From: Bacteroidota bacterium
GTDB taxonomy: Bacteria; Bacteroidota; Bacteroidia; Chitinophagales; Chitinophagaceae
Assembly (NCBI GenBank): GCA_046300055.1
Contig: JBKCMR010000001.1
Span: 7,472-71,471, forward strand
Direction of reading: 5' to 3'
Length of the DNA stretch: 64,000 bases
Under the pieces are notes generated by a model. That model was not told the origin of the DNA and ran no database searches. It saw nothing but the letters and a program-made list of their open reading frames with translations. Positions 43,994-54,089 of this stretch are shown here, in pieces (position 1 is the stretch's first letter; the number at the start of each line of letters is the position of its first letter). The translations under genes were made by a program, and so were the position numbers.

Positions 43994-45445
43994 ATGCGTG
44001 TACCCATTTTAACCCTCTTGTTCGCACTGGCTATAACCAGTGGAACCATCAGTCATTCACAGTGCACCATCCTCAACCCAGCAGTGAAACTGAACAGCAG
44101 CACTCCGAATACGACCAGTGGCGGATGCGACATCAACTTCGATCTATACTTTGATATGAATGCCAACTCGGGTGGAAAATATGTCTATATACATATCTGG
44201 CCCAAGTCACAATATCCGACCCTCACCTACAACAACCCTCCTAACCTCACAGATCTAGCGAATGCAGTAGCTACGTTTGGGTTTTACCATTTCGGCGGGT
44301 CTTTGTACATGCTTAGTAGTTATACCCCTTACCCGACAGTTCCAAACTTCAAGTTCACGGGACTTTCAATTGTTAAGGGTGTGGGGTCTGTGGCAGGATC
44401 GGATCGATTTACCATCCAAAACATCACAATCAATAGCCAAACTAGTTGTGGAATAGCGCAAGATTTCACCGCGGATGTATGGCAGAGCCAATCGGCTAGT
44501 GCACAAAATGTACATTGCTTCTCCCGCGGCCTTAATTTCTTCGCGAATGATCCCCGGATCACGGGTTTTCTTATCTGTGAAACTCCTCGCCAATACCGGT
44601 TTCAGATCCGAACGATCGATCCGGCTGGCCTGATTGTGAATTATAAAGTCTTTATCGACAACGGCGATGGCATTTATAATGCCGCACAAGACAATATTGA
44701 AATTTCCAGCGGCAGTAACATCGCGCTGAACAGCAGCAACTCCTATACATTCAACTCACCCCTTCTCGGATATCTTCCCTACTCCAATCAAAAACCTGAA
44801 GCAGATCGAGCACTTTGGGTTGTTGTTTCTAGTCCCACCCGCGACAACCTCTCCCTTGCCCGGTTAGACAACAACTGTGCGCCGCTCCCGATTCAACTCG
44901 GCAGTTTCACTGCCAGATGGAACGAACAACAAGCACAACTCGAGTGGACTACGTTAACAGAGATCGATAACCGCGGATTTGAAATTGAAAGAAAAAACAA
45001 CGGTGACGACCAGCCATTCCGCACGATCGGATTCATGTCCTCCCAGGCTGCACAAGGAAACAGCACAGATGAACTAAACTACACCTTCCTTGACCCTAGT
45101 CCGATCCGCACAGCTGTGCAGTATCGCATCAAACAAATGGATCATTCAGGAAAAACAAGTTATTCCCCAGTACGTTCACTAAGTCCACGCAACCTGATGA
45201 GCCAGATCCACCCGAACCCAGCCAATGATCGAGTGATTGTAATCTTCTCCAAAAAACAATCGAATTACTTGATCGAGTGGGTGAATGATGTCGGACAAAA
45301 AATGGGGCAGTGGAATGGTCGCGACCGCCTGACCATTCAAACCAGCGCTTTCCCGAACGGAACAAATCGAATTAAAATCACCGATAAACAAACCGGACAG
45401 ACGGAGACCCGAACGATCCTTATTCAACATCAGCAGAAGTGGTAA
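43994..45445 (+). CDS. secreted protein of unknown function with T9SS C-terminal sorting domain
   Basis: Signal peptide. Cys-containing N-terminal region that I cannot assign. An Ig-like module (LGSFTARWNEQQAQLEWTT...FEIERKNNG...YRIKQMDHSGKTSYS). The C-terminus IHPNPANDRVIVIF...NGTNRIKITD...TILIQ resembles a type A T9SS CTD. Confidence 0.6.
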   Translation: MRVPILTLLFALAITSGTISHSQCTILNPAVKLNSSTPNTTSGGCDINFDLYFDMNANSGGKYVYIHIWPKSQYPTLTYNNPPNLTDLANAVATFGFYHFGGSLYMLSSYTPYPTVPNFKFTGLSIVKGVGSVAGSDRFTIQNITINSQTSCGIAQDFTADVWQSQSASAQNVHCFSRGLNFFANDPRITGFLICETPRQYRFQIRTIDPAGLIVNYKVFIDNGDGIYNAAQDNIEISSGSNIALNSSNSYTFNSPLLGYLPYSNQKPEADRALWVVVSSPTRDNLSLARLDNNCAPLPIQLGSFTARWNEQQAQLEWTTLTEIDNRGFEIERKNNGDDQPFRTIGFMSSQAAQGNSTDELNYTFLDPSPIRTAVQYRIKQMDHSGKTSYSPVRSLSPRNLMSQIHPNPANDRVIVIFSKKQSNYLIEWVNDVGQKMGQWNGRDRLTIQTSAFPNGTNRIKITDKQTGQTETRTILIQHQQKW

Positions 45446-45456
45446 GCAAGGAGAGA

Positions 45457-45486
45457 AAAAGCCCCTCGAGATTTCGAGGGGCTTTT
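45457..45486. terminator. bidirectional rho-independent terminator
   Basis: aaaagcccctcga-gatt-tcgaggggctttt, between the convergent cargo and aconitase genes. Confidence 0.75.
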
Positions 45487-45509
45487 CTATTTCTAAGCTC
45501 GTTCAAAGA

Positions 45510-47777
45510 TCACTTCGCCATCTGACTCCGGATCACATTCAGTGCCCCACCAGCCTTGAACCACTCGATCTGCTGAGCATTGTAGGAATGGTTGGCAACG
45601 ATCGTATCAACCGATCCGTCTGAATGATTCAATACAATGTTCAACGGCGTACCTGGAATGAAATCCGTCAACCCGTTTACATCAATGACATCATCTTCCC
45701 GGATCTTATCGTAATCAGCTTTGTCTGCAAATGTCAGTGCCAGCATCCCCTGCTTTTTCAGATTCGTCTCATGGATACGGGCAAAAGACTTTACCAATAC
45801 GACCCGAACACCCAAATGGCGGGGCTCCATGGCAGCATGCTCACGAGAAGACCCTTCCCCATAATTCTCATCTCCCACAACAAGGGTGCCCACTCCGGCT
45901 GCTTTATAAGCACGCTGTGTTCCGGGTACGGTTCCATATTCGCCTGTGACTTGATTTTTAACCGTATCGGTTTTCTCATTGTAGAAATTCACGGCACCGA
46001 TTAACAGATTGTTACTGATGTTATCGAGGTGACCGCGGAACTTCAACCAGGGACCTGCCATAGAAATATGGTCAGTGGTACATTTTCCTTTTGCCTTGAT
46101 CAATAAACGTAATCCTTTCAGATCGGTTCCTTCCCAGGCAGCGAAAGGATATAGCAACTGAAGACGCTTGCTATCAGCCTTTACATTCACTTCGACACTG
46201 CTTCCATCTTCCGCAGGTGCCTGATAACCGGCATCCTCTACCGCAAATCCGCGAAGGGGCAACTCATCTCCGGCAGGTGGATCCAGTTTAACAGCCTCGC
46301 CTTTGTCATTTATGAGCGTATCGGTCAACGGATTAAAACTCAGATCTCCCGCAATAGCCAAAGCGGTTACCATTTCAGGAGAAGCTACAAAAGCAAGGGT
46401 ATTCGGATTGCCATCGGCACGTTTAGCAAAGTTTCGGTTGAACGAATGGACGATGGTATTGCGCTCTTGCTTCTCCGCCCCCATACGATCCCACATGCCG
46501 ATACAAGGACCACAAGCATTGGCAAAGACCCTGGCGCCGACACTCTCAAATACAGAAAGATAACCGTCGCGTTCAATCGTATACCGAACCAGTTCACTGC
46601 CCGGCGTGATCGTAAACTCCGATTTCAGTGTCAGCCCTTTTTCTTTGGCTTGCTTTGCCAAACTCACCGCACGACTGATGTCTTCGTAGGAGGAGTTCGT
46701 GCAACTACCGATCAGTCCCACTTCGATCTTAATGGGCCAATTGTTCTGAGCAGCCGCTTCTTTCATTTGTGAAATCGGCGTAGCCAGATCCGGCGTGAAT
46801 GGTCCGTTCAGATGCGGCTCCAGCTCGCTCAGGTTGATCTCGATCACACGGTCAAAATATTTTTCCGGGTTGGCATATACCTCCGCATCACCCGTGAGAT
46901 ATTCTTTGACGGCATCAGCTGCAGCTGCTACATCGGCACGACCCGTTGCTTTGAGATAACGACTCATACTCTCATCATATCCAAAAGTCGATGTGGTCGC
47001 TCCGATCTCTGCACCCATATTACAGATCGTTCCTTTACCGGTACAGCTCATTGAAACGGCACCTTCTCCGAAATATTCAACGATGGCGTTGGTTCCACCT
47101 TTTACGGTCAGAATACCAGCCACTTTCAGGATCACGTCCTTGGGGGATGTCCAGCCATTCAGTTTACCAGTAAGCTTTACTCCGATCAATTTGGGCATGA
47201 GCAACTCCCAGCTGAGTCCGGCCATTACGTCACAAGCATCCGCTCCGCCTACTCCAATGGCGATCATTCCCAAGCCGCCGGCATTCACCGTGTGGCTGTC
47301 CGTACCGATCATCATGCCACCAGGGAAGGCATAGTTCTCCAATACAACCTGGTGAATGATCCCAGCTCCGGGTTTCCAGAAACCGATTCCGTATTTATTG
47401 GAAATGGAAGAAAGAAAATTATATACCTCTTCATTATCTGTAACGGCCTTGGCGAGATCGGTTCTACTTTCATCTTTGGCCACGATCAGGTGATCGCAGT
47501 GAACGGTTGATGGAACGGCTACTTTTTTCCGGCCGGTCGTATCGAACTGCAATAAGGCCATTTGAGCCGTGGCATCCTGCATGGCCACTCGATCCGGGGC
47601 AAAATCTACATAATCCTTTCCGCGTGCATAATCACGTACCGGCACGCCAGACCAAAGGTGCGCGTAAAGGATCTTCTCGGCCAGTGTGAGCGGACGACCC
47701 AATGCCGTACGGGCAGCGTCCACTTTTGCCGGCATCTCAGAATAGGTTTTGCGGATGAGGTCCAGATCGAATACCAT
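45510..47777 (-). CDS. acn: aconitate hydratase (mitochondrial-type)
   Basis: 755 aa. Fe-S ligand motifs IGSCTNSS and CGPCIG. Confidence 0.95.
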   Translation of the reverse strand: MVFDLDLIRKTYSEMPAKVDAARTALGRPLTLAEKILYAHLWSGVPVRDYARGKDYVDFAPDRVAMQDATAQMALLQFDTTGRKKVAVPSTVHCDHLIVAKDESRTDLAKAVTDNEEVYNFLSSISNKYGIGFWKPGAGIIHQVVLENYAFPGGMMIGTDSHTVNAGGLGMIAIGVGGADACDVMAGLSWELLMPKLIGVKLTGKLNGWTSPKDVILKVAGILTVKGGTNAIVEYFGEGAVSMSCTGKGTICNMGAEIGATTSTFGYDESMSRYLKATGRADVAAAADAVKEYLTGDAEVYANPEKYFDRVIEINLSELEPHLNGPFTPDLATPISQMKEAAAQNNWPIKIEVGLIGSCTNSSYEDISRAVSLAKQAKEKGLTLKSEFTITPGSELVRYTIERDGYLSVFESVGARVFANACGPCIGMWDRMGAEKQERNTIVHSFNRNFAKRADGNPNTLAFVASPEMVTALAIAGDLSFNPLTDTLINDKGEAVKLDPPAGDELPLRGFAVEDAGYQAPAEDGSSVEVNVKADSKRLQLLYPFAAWEGTDLKGLRLLIKAKGKCTTDHISMAGPWLKFRGHLDNISNNLLIGAVNFYNEKTDTVKNQVTGEYGTVPGTQRAYKAAGVGTLVVGDENYGEGSSREHAAMEPRHLGVRVVLVKSFARIHETNLKKQGMLALTFADKADYDKIREDDVIDVNGLTDFIPGTPLNIVLNHSDGSVDTIVANHSYNAQQIEWFKAGGALNVIRSQMAK

Positions 47778-47806
47778 AGGTAAAATGTTTTAAGGATTTG
47801 GCGGGG

Positions 47807-47814
47807 CAAAGGTA
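47807..47814 (-). promoter_or_regulatory. -7 promoter box (TACCTTTG on the minus strand) for aconitase
   Basis: Perfect TAnnTTTG match, 29 nt upstream of the ATG at 47777. Confidence 0.4.
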
Positions 47815-47883
47815 CTTAGACAGGTCGAAAAACAGAGCTAAAAACTGAACCAAGCTGAAAGTCAAATTCCGTATTTTCGGAAT

Positions 47884-48105
47884 ATGGACAGGTTCAAGAG
47901 TTTTATCGAGTGGAATGCATTCGGGGTTTGTACGGCCATCGGCGACCGATTGGGTATTGCCCCTGGCAAGATCCGTCAGTATTTCATGTACACCTCATTG
48001 CTGACGATGGGTTCCCCCGTGATCATCTACCTCATCCTGGCTTTTTGGAGAAATATCCGCCATTACGTCTGGGCGGCAAAAAGGAATCCCTGGTACTACC
48101 TCTGA
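47884..48105 (+). CDS. PspC-domain small membrane protein
   Basis: 73 aa. FGVCTAIGDRLGIAPGKIRQYF followed by one TM helix. Confidence 0.55.
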   Translation: MDRFKSFIEWNAFGVCTAIGDRLGIAPGKIRQYFMYTSLLTMGSPVIIYLILAFWRNIRHYVWAAKRNPWYYL

Positions 48106-49230
48106 TCAGCAACAAGCCTGCAAGGCATCCATCACCTGATCGATCTCCTCTTTCGTATTGTGTCGGCAGAAGGAAAAACGCACCGGCACACGACCACTAC
48201 TCGTTCCCAGCGCACGAATGACATGACTTCCCATATCCGCCCCACTGCTACAGGCACTTCCGCCCGAAACACAGATCCCCCGCATGTCCAGATTCATCAA
48301 CAACATTTCAGTTTCCGGGGTCCGTGGAAACGAAACGTTCAAAACAGTGTACAAGCATCGACCCTTTACATCGCCATTGAATTGAACATCTCCCCGCTGC
48401 TCCAGCTGGTGGATGAATGCATCCCGAAGGGACCGTATCTGCTGCTGATCCGATTCCAATCTGGATTCAGCCAACTCTAATGCTTTTGCAAAACCAACTA
48501 CACCGTACAGATTCTCCGTACCGGCACGCATGTTTCGTTCTTGCCCGCCCCCTTCGATCAGTGGACGTACTTGCACCTCCTTGCTGATGTAAAGCATCCC
48601 CACTCCTTTCGGTCCGTGGAATTTATGTCCGGCCCCCACAGCGAAATGTAACCCGGGGTGACTGAGATCGAGTTTATAATGACCGATGGTCTGCACCGTA
48701 TCCGAATGAAAGATCGCGCCATACTTCAAACAGAGATCTGCTACGGCATATAGATCCAATAGATTTCCGATCTCGTTGTTGGCATGCATCAGCGTAACCA
48801 AACATTTCTGTTCGGTCGAAGCCAATAACTCTGCCAAATGCTCCAGATCGATGTGTCCGTCCGGCAATACCTTGACCAATTTTATTTCAGCTCGACCATC
48901 CTTTACCTGTCGCTCCGCAGCATGCAACACGGCGTGGTGCTCAATAGGTGATGTAATGATGACCTGGCATCCAAGATCGTGCACCGCGGTGTAGATCGCC
49001 ATGTTATCACTTTCCGTACCGCCACTAGTAAAAAAAATCTCTCCGGGGGTCACATTCAAGGAGCGAGCAACCGATTTACGGGCATTTTCGATTGCAAGCC
49101 GGCTTTCTCTTCCATATGAATAAATGGAAGATGGATTTCCGAATTGATTGGTCAGGTACGGCATCATCGATTCCAGCACCAAGGGGTCCAGTGCTGTGGT
49201 AGCCGCGTTATCAAGATATATCCGTTTCAT
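48106..49230 (-). CDS. cysteine desulfurase (NifS/IscS family)
   Basis: PLP lysine GHKFHGPKG. Catalytic SGGSACSS. Confidence 0.9.
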   Translation of the reverse strand: MKRIYLDNAATTALDPLVLESMMPYLTNQFGNPSSIYSYGRESRLAIENARKSVARSLNVTPGEIFFTSGGTESDNMAIYTAVHDLGCQVIITSPIEHHAVLHAAERQVKDGRAEIKLVKVLPDGHIDLEHLAELLASTEQKCLVTLMHANNEIGNLLDLYAVADLCLKYGAIFHSDTVQTIGHYKLDLSHPGLHFAVGAGHKFHGPKGVGMLYISKEVQVRPLIEGGGQERNMRAGTENLYGVVGFAKALELAESRLESDQQQIRSLRDAFIHQLEQRGDVQFNGDVKGRCLYTVLNVSFPRTPETEMLLMNLDMRGICVSGGSACSSGADMGSHVIRALGTSSGRVPVRFSFCRHNTKEEIDQVMDALQACC

Positions 49231-49240
49231 GATGGCAGCG

Positions 49241-49248
49241 CAAAGATA
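49241..49248 (-). promoter_or_regulatory. -7 promoter box (TATCTTTG on the minus strand) for the cysteine desulfurase gene
   Basis: Perfect TAnnTTTG match, 10 nt upstream of the ATG at 49230. Confidence 0.4.
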
Positions 49249-49252
49249 AGCA

Positions 49253-50632
49253 TCAAGCCAGCGCCTCGATATCGCTCATCAATTGAAGTGCCAGTTGCCG
49301 GGCTGCTTCAGCAGACCGACTCTCCGCGTAAATGCGGATGATCGGCTCCGTATTGGAACCCCGAAGATGTACCCAATCATCTCCAAACTCGATACGCAAT
49401 CCGTCTTCCGTAAGCATGGGCTGTCCCGCATATTTCACTTGCAGCTTTGTCAGGATCGATCGTAGGTCCAGCCCAGGACGCAGGTCGATCTTATTTTTTG
49501 AAATATGAAAATCCGGATAGGTAGCCCGCAAGGCCGACATGTTAAGATTTCGCTTGGCTAGTAGGGTTAGAAAAAGTCCGATACCGATCAACGCATCCCG
49601 CCCATAATGAAAATCCGGTACGATCACACCTCCATTCCCTTCCCCACCGATCACGGCATCAACCGCCTTCATTTTGGTCACCACATTCACTTCGCCAACG
49701 GCAGCCGCGTGATAGCTTCCGCCAAACTGACGGGTAAGGACTTTGAGGGCCGCGGTGCTACTCATGTTGCTGACCGTATTGCCCGGTCGGGTAGACAAAA
49801 TATGATCGGCAACGGCCACCAGTGTGTATTCCTCTCCGAACAAACTTCCATCTTCATTGACAAAACAAAGTCGGTCTACGTCCGGGTCTACTGCAATACC
49901 CAAATGGGCCTGGTTTGATACCACTGCCTTCGATAATTCAGTGAGATGTTCCGGCAAGGGTTCCGGATTGTGCGCAAAATCACCAGTGATAGCCTCATTC
50001 AACACAATGATATCCTGAACACCCAGCGCACGGAGTAAAGTCGGCACATAAATGGCACCGGATGAATTGATCGCATCGACGACAACCTTAAATCCGGCCT
50101 GACGGATGGCGGTTGCATCCACCAATGGGTAGTTTATGATGGCATCAATATGTTTTTGCAGATAGGAGTCGTCGGACCGAACAATTCCTAATTGATCAAC
50201 CGATGCGAATTCGAACGACTCTGCAGCGGCAATATCCAAAACGGCTTGGCCATCGGCGGCGGACAAAAATTCGCCTTTTTCATTCAGCAGCTTGAGCGCA
50301 TTCCATTGGCGAGGATTGTGGCTGGCGGTGAGTATGATGCCTCCGGTCGCCTGCTCCTGCATCACGGCAAATTCGACTGTAGGTGTGGTGGAGAGCCCGA
50401 GGTCGATGATATCGATACCCAGTCCGATCAGTGTTTGAGCCACTAATGTGTGCACCATCGGACCACTGATCCGACCGTCTCGTCCGATCACAACTACCGG
50501 ACGATCTGTTTTTTTCTTTAAAATAGAGCCGTAGGCAGCGGAAAATCGGACGATATCGAGTGGTGTCAGGTTATCTCCGGGCATGCCTCCGATAGTCCCA
50601 CGGATACCGGAAATACTTTTGATCAGCGACAT
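49253..50632 (-). CDS. glmM: phosphoglucosamine mutase
   Basis: SGIRGT N-terminus, phosphoserine loop TASHNP and DPDVDR metal loop. I prefer the ATG at 50632 over the TTG at 50638. Confidence 0.9.
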   Translation of the reverse strand: MSLIKSISGIRGTIGGMPGDNLTPLDIVRFSAAYGSILKKKTDRPVVVIGRDGRISGPMVHTLVAQTLIGLGIDIIDLGLSTTPTVEFAVMQEQATGGIILTASHNPRQWNALKLLNEKGEFLSAADGQAVLDIAAAESFEFASVDQLGIVRSDDSYLQKHIDAIINYPLVDATAIRQAGFKVVVDAINSSGAIYVPTLLRALGVQDIIVLNEAITGDFAHNPEPLPEHLTELSKAVVSNQAHLGIAVDPDVDRLCFVNEDGSLFGEEYTLVAVADHILSTRPGNTVSNMSSTAALKVLTRQFGGSYHAAAVGEVNVVTKMKAVDAVIGGEGNGGVIVPDFHYGRDALIGIGLFLTLLAKRNLNMSALRATYPDFHISKNKIDLRPGLDLRSILTKLQVKYAGQPMLTEDGLRIEFGDDWVHLRGSNTEPIIRIYAESRSAEAARQLALQLMSDIEALA

Positions 50633-50667
50633 AAACAATTTTGAGGCCTGAAATTACGCTATCGGAG

Positions 50668-50675
50668 TAGTTTTG
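50668..50675 (+). promoter_or_regulatory. -7 promoter box TAGTTTTG for the methyltransferase gene
   Basis: Perfect TAnnTTTG match, only 4 nt upstream of the ATG at 50680 (leaderless geometry). Confidence 0.4.
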
Positions 50676-50679
50676 CGTA

Positions 50680-51420
50680 ATGAATGATCCAAGCTGGTTT
50701 GAATCGTGGTTCAACTCCCCCTATTACCATTTGCTCTACCGCGATCGTGATGAGTCAGAAGCACGTCCCTTTATAGAAAGGCTTACAAAACATCTGGAAC
50801 TGCCGAAACAGGCCCGTATCCTGGACCTGGCTTGCGGCAAAGGCAGGCACAGCATCAGTCTGGCTGACCTGGGTTTTGAGGTGCATGGGATCGATATTGC
50901 GCCGGAAAATATTGCATATGCCAATCAGTTAAGTCGGCCCGGACTCACCTTTTCCGTTCATGATATGCGCGAGCCCTTGCCCGGCCAACCTTTTGATGCG
51001 GTACTGAATCTCTTCACCAGTTTCGGATACTTTGAGAGTGAACAGGAACATCAGTCCGCCTTACACACTATGTCCAGCGCACTCAAAGCCGATGGAAAAC
51101 TGGTGATCGATTATTTGAACATCAACACGGTCATCAAACAATTGGTTTCATCTGAAAGCCGTACGATCGATGGAATCCATTTTCAGATTAGCCGAAAAGT
51201 TGCAAATGGTTATCTGATCAAAGAAATATCCATAGAAGACCCCGCCCGGTCTAAAAAAATGAATTTTTCTGAAAAAGTGGCCACGTTCGGTTTAGCAGAG
51301 TTCAAACACTTGCTGCATCAAGAAGGATTGGTGATACGTGAGGCGCTTGGAGACTATATACTTTCCCCGTTTGACTCGGAAAACTCACCCCGACTGATCC
51401 TGATCTGTGAAAAAAACTGA
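50680..51420 (+). CDS. class I SAM-dependent methyltransferase
   Basis: Motif I ILDLACGKGRHS and post-I HGIDI. Confidence 0.8.
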   Translation: MNDPSWFESWFNSPYYHLLYRDRDESEARPFIERLTKHLELPKQARILDLACGKGRHSISLADLGFEVHGIDIAPENIAYANQLSRPGLTFSVHDMREPLPGQPFDAVLNLFTSFGYFESEQEHQSALHTMSSALKADGKLVIDYLNINTVIKQLVSSESRTIDGIHFQISRKVANGYLIKEISIEDPARSKKMNFSEKVATFGLAEFKHLLHQEGLVIREALGDYILSPFDSENSPRLILICEKN

Positions 51421-51424
51421 TCGG

Positions 51425-53404
51425 TTACGGTTTATTGTGAAACAGTAAAAAACGCGCCACATCGGCATAGGCCTGCGTGATCTTCGACAGTTCCGCTCGA
51501 ATGGAATCCTGACGTTCCATGGTCATACGAGCTTTTTTCCCATTCAACGGAAGCAGCACTTCTTCTCCTGAGTTGATCTGCCTTGAGAAATAATGATCAT
51601 CGGTGATCATCCCGATGCGGTCGGCCGTATTGGTCAAAAAGGCAAAATGATTTTTTTTATTCGGCGAGAGCATATCGCGCCCCAATGTTGATTGTTCGAA
51701 AGATTGGTTCAATCTACCCAATAGGGTTGGCAACACATCGATCTGTGAAACTACCTCCGATCGACGTTGGGGCGAGATGAACGACGGCGCATAGAATAAA
51801 AGTGGCACATGTTGATCGGTCAACCGCTGCTCGGTCCATAGCGCCGGATAAACCGCTCGCGCATCACCAGCCACACCATGATCCCCGATAAAAACAAAAA
51901 CTGTATTGGAGAAAAAAGCCTCTTTTGCAGCTGCCTCCATGAATTGTCGAATCGCATGATCGGAATAGCGAAACGAATTGAACTCGTCGTTCGACTCAAA
52001 ACCATACTTGAGTAATGTATCCTGCGGCAGCTCAACACGCCTGAATGAAGTATCGGAAGCCGGAATACTTTTTTGAAATGGTCGATGGTTGCCGGCAGTT
52101 TGTATGTAGGCAAAGAAGGGGGCTTTTTGTTTTCGCATTTCCTCCAACGATTGCAAAAACAAGTCTCGATCGCTGACGCCCCAAACATTCATTTTTTCCC
52201 CTTTGAAATAATCACCGGTATGCATCTGCAAGCCCTTGATATTGGAGAGGATCCCCTGGAAGTTGTTGAACTCCGGACTGCCGGAGAGAAAGTAATGCTT
52301 GCTATACCCTTCCAATTGATTGATCAAGGTGCGCTGTGAAACCGTTTCCGGATTCTGTGACGAAAAACGAAAGAATTGAACATCCGGGATTCCGAAGAGG
52401 ATCGCAAAAAGAGCACGGGCCGTAGAGAAATGAGGTGCAAAACATCGATCGAAAAAAAGACCTTGTCTCGATAACGAGTCGAAATACGGAGTAGCATTGA
52501 TGGGGTTTCCACTCATCGAACTTTTGTACATGCTGTAGGATTCACACTGCACCAGCACGATATTGGGACGGCTTTCCCAAGCATTACTCGAGGGGGCCGC
52601 CATACGCCTTAAGCCCTCTGTCGTTGGATCATCAATACCCATCCATTTACGAACCAAGGGCATGGCGCTTCTAACGGAGGGAATATCTTTTTCCGGCAAC
52701 TGACGCAAACGCCAGGTGGTGGCAAAATTCTGAATGGGATTCACCGCCAAATAAGCGGCAAAGCTGCTCGGCAGCTCGAAGCAATCATCTCGCTGTAGCG
52801 GACGCAAACGCAAGCTTCCATGAATCAGGAAGACCAACACAAACGAAGCAATCACGAAATAAGCGGGCTGATGAGGTATTCCCTTTCCGTCCGTATTGGA
52901 TACCACTTGCCAATGCACGCGGCGATACATCCAACGTAAAAACCAGACGGCCATACCCAAACCGGCCAACATCCATAGCAAGGGATAAGTCTCCCAGATC
53001 ATCGTGATCGAGATGCTGAAATCCTCGATGAAATTCATGGCTCCGGCATCCAAGGGTGTTTGGTTGTAGGAAAAGCTACCGAATCCGGCGGCAAAAAAGA
53101 AAAAGACGATCAGGGTAATGATGGCCAGGTAGCTGGTCCAAATGCGTTTGTTCCGCTCCGAAAAAAAAGGCGACCAACGAGCGTTGACACTAAGTAAAGT
53201 GACCGGCAATAAAATACCGGCGATCCATCGAAGATCGTAACGGAGTCCCCATAAAAACGAGGGCACCGATGCCGCACCCGTCCAACCCTCGGGTCGGAAC
53301 GCGAAGAAAACTGTCAACCGGAATAAGGTGAATAACAACAGGAAGATCCCTCCCACCTGCAATACCCAGCGAAGGGTCTTGGGCATCGATTCCAACTTTG
53401 ACAT
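51425..53404 (-). CDS. LTA-synthase-family (sulfatase-domain) membrane phosphotransferase
   Basis: About 5 N-terminal TM helices plus an extracytoplasmic sulfatase domain (IVLVQCESYS, GNHRPF, IGDHG). Start is the ATG at 53404 or the TTG at 53413. Confidence 0.8.
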   Translation of the reverse strand: MSKLESMPKTLRWVLQVGGIFLLLFTLFRLTVFFAFRPEGWTGAASVPSFLWGLRYDLRWIAGILLPVTLLSVNARWSPFFSERNKRIWTSYLAIITLIVFFFFAAGFGSFSYNQTPLDAGAMNFIEDFSISITMIWETYPLLWMLAGLGMAVWFLRWMYRRVHWQVVSNTDGKGIPHQPAYFVIASFVLVFLIHGSLRLRPLQRDDCFELPSSFAAYLAVNPIQNFATTWRLRQLPEKDIPSVRSAMPLVRKWMGIDDPTTEGLRRMAAPSSNAWESRPNIVLVQCESYSMYKSSMSGNPINATPYFDSLSRQGLFFDRCFAPHFSTARALFAILFGIPDVQFFRFSSQNPETVSQRTLINQLEGYSKHYFLSGSPEFNNFQGILSNIKGLQMHTGDYFKGEKMNVWGVSDRDLFLQSLEEMRKQKAPFFAYIQTAGNHRPFQKSIPASDTSFRRVELPQDTLLKYGFESNDEFNSFRYSDHAIRQFMEAAAKEAFFSNTVFVFIGDHGVAGDARAVYPALWTEQRLTDQHVPLLFYAPSFISPQRRSEVVSQIDVLPTLLGRLNQSFEQSTLGRDMLSPNKKNHFAFLTNTADRIGMITDDHYFSRQINSGEEVLLPLNGKKARMTMERQDSIRAELSKITQAYADVARFLLFHNKP

Positions 53405-53462
53405 GAGGGGCAAAATAACGTCAATTTAAGTCTTGTTCGCCACCGGAGGGTGAAGGATTGTG

Positions 53463-53470
53463 TAGCTTTG
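53463..53470 (+). promoter_or_regulatory. -7 promoter box TAGCTTTG for the PAP2/CNNM operon
   Basis: Perfect TAnnTTTG match, only 4 nt upstream of the ATG at 53475 (leaderless geometry). Confidence 0.4.
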
Positions 53471-53474
53471 CAAC

Positions 53475-54089
53475 ATGGGTTTGCCCTTTTTGACAGTGCT
53501 TGAACGTTTGGCTGATCTTGACCACTCCCTTTTTCGGCGAATCAACCAAGAGTGGATCCAAAACTGGATCGACCCGATCGCCATCTGGATTCGTGAACCG
53601 ATACATTGGGTACCGATCTATCTCATTCTCTTTCTGCTCGCCATTTGGAGATTTCGCTCGAACGGACTGATCTGGTTTTTCTTCGGTGTGACAGCCGTGG
53701 TTTTATCAGACCTGATCGGCAACTACGGATTCAAGCATGTGTTCGAACGACTTCGCCCCTGCAATAACACTGAATTACAAGCCGGACTCCGTCTGCTGGT
53801 GGATAAATGCGGATCCGGATACAGCTTCGTCTCCAATCACGCCACCAACCACATGAGTTTGGCCGTATTCCTTTGCATCACCCTACGGCGGCAAATCGGC
53901 CGTTGGGGATGGCTGGCCATTTTATGGGCGGCGAGCATCAGCTATGCACAGATCTATGTTGGACTTCACTTCCCCGCCGATGCATTAGTGGGTGCGCTGC
54001 TCGGTGCCGGAATCGGTGCTGCAGTTGGTATCTCATTCAACCGACAATACAAAAACGGTATCTTTCCACAGAACCAACCGAATCGATAA
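53475..54089 (+). CDS. PAP2-family lipid phosphatase
   Basis: KHVFERLRPC, SFVSNHA and YVGLHFPADAL match the three PAP2 motifs. Confidence 0.8.
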   Translation: MGLPFLTVLERLADLDHSLFRRINQEWIQNWIDPIAIWIREPIHWVPIYLILFLLAIWRFRSNGLIWFFFGVTAVVLSDLIGNYGFKHVFERLRPCNNTELQAGLRLLVDKCGSGYSFVSNHATNHMSLAVFLCITLRRQIGRWGWLAILWAASISYAQIYVGLHFPADALVGALLGAGIGAAVGISFNRQYKNGIFPQNQPNR

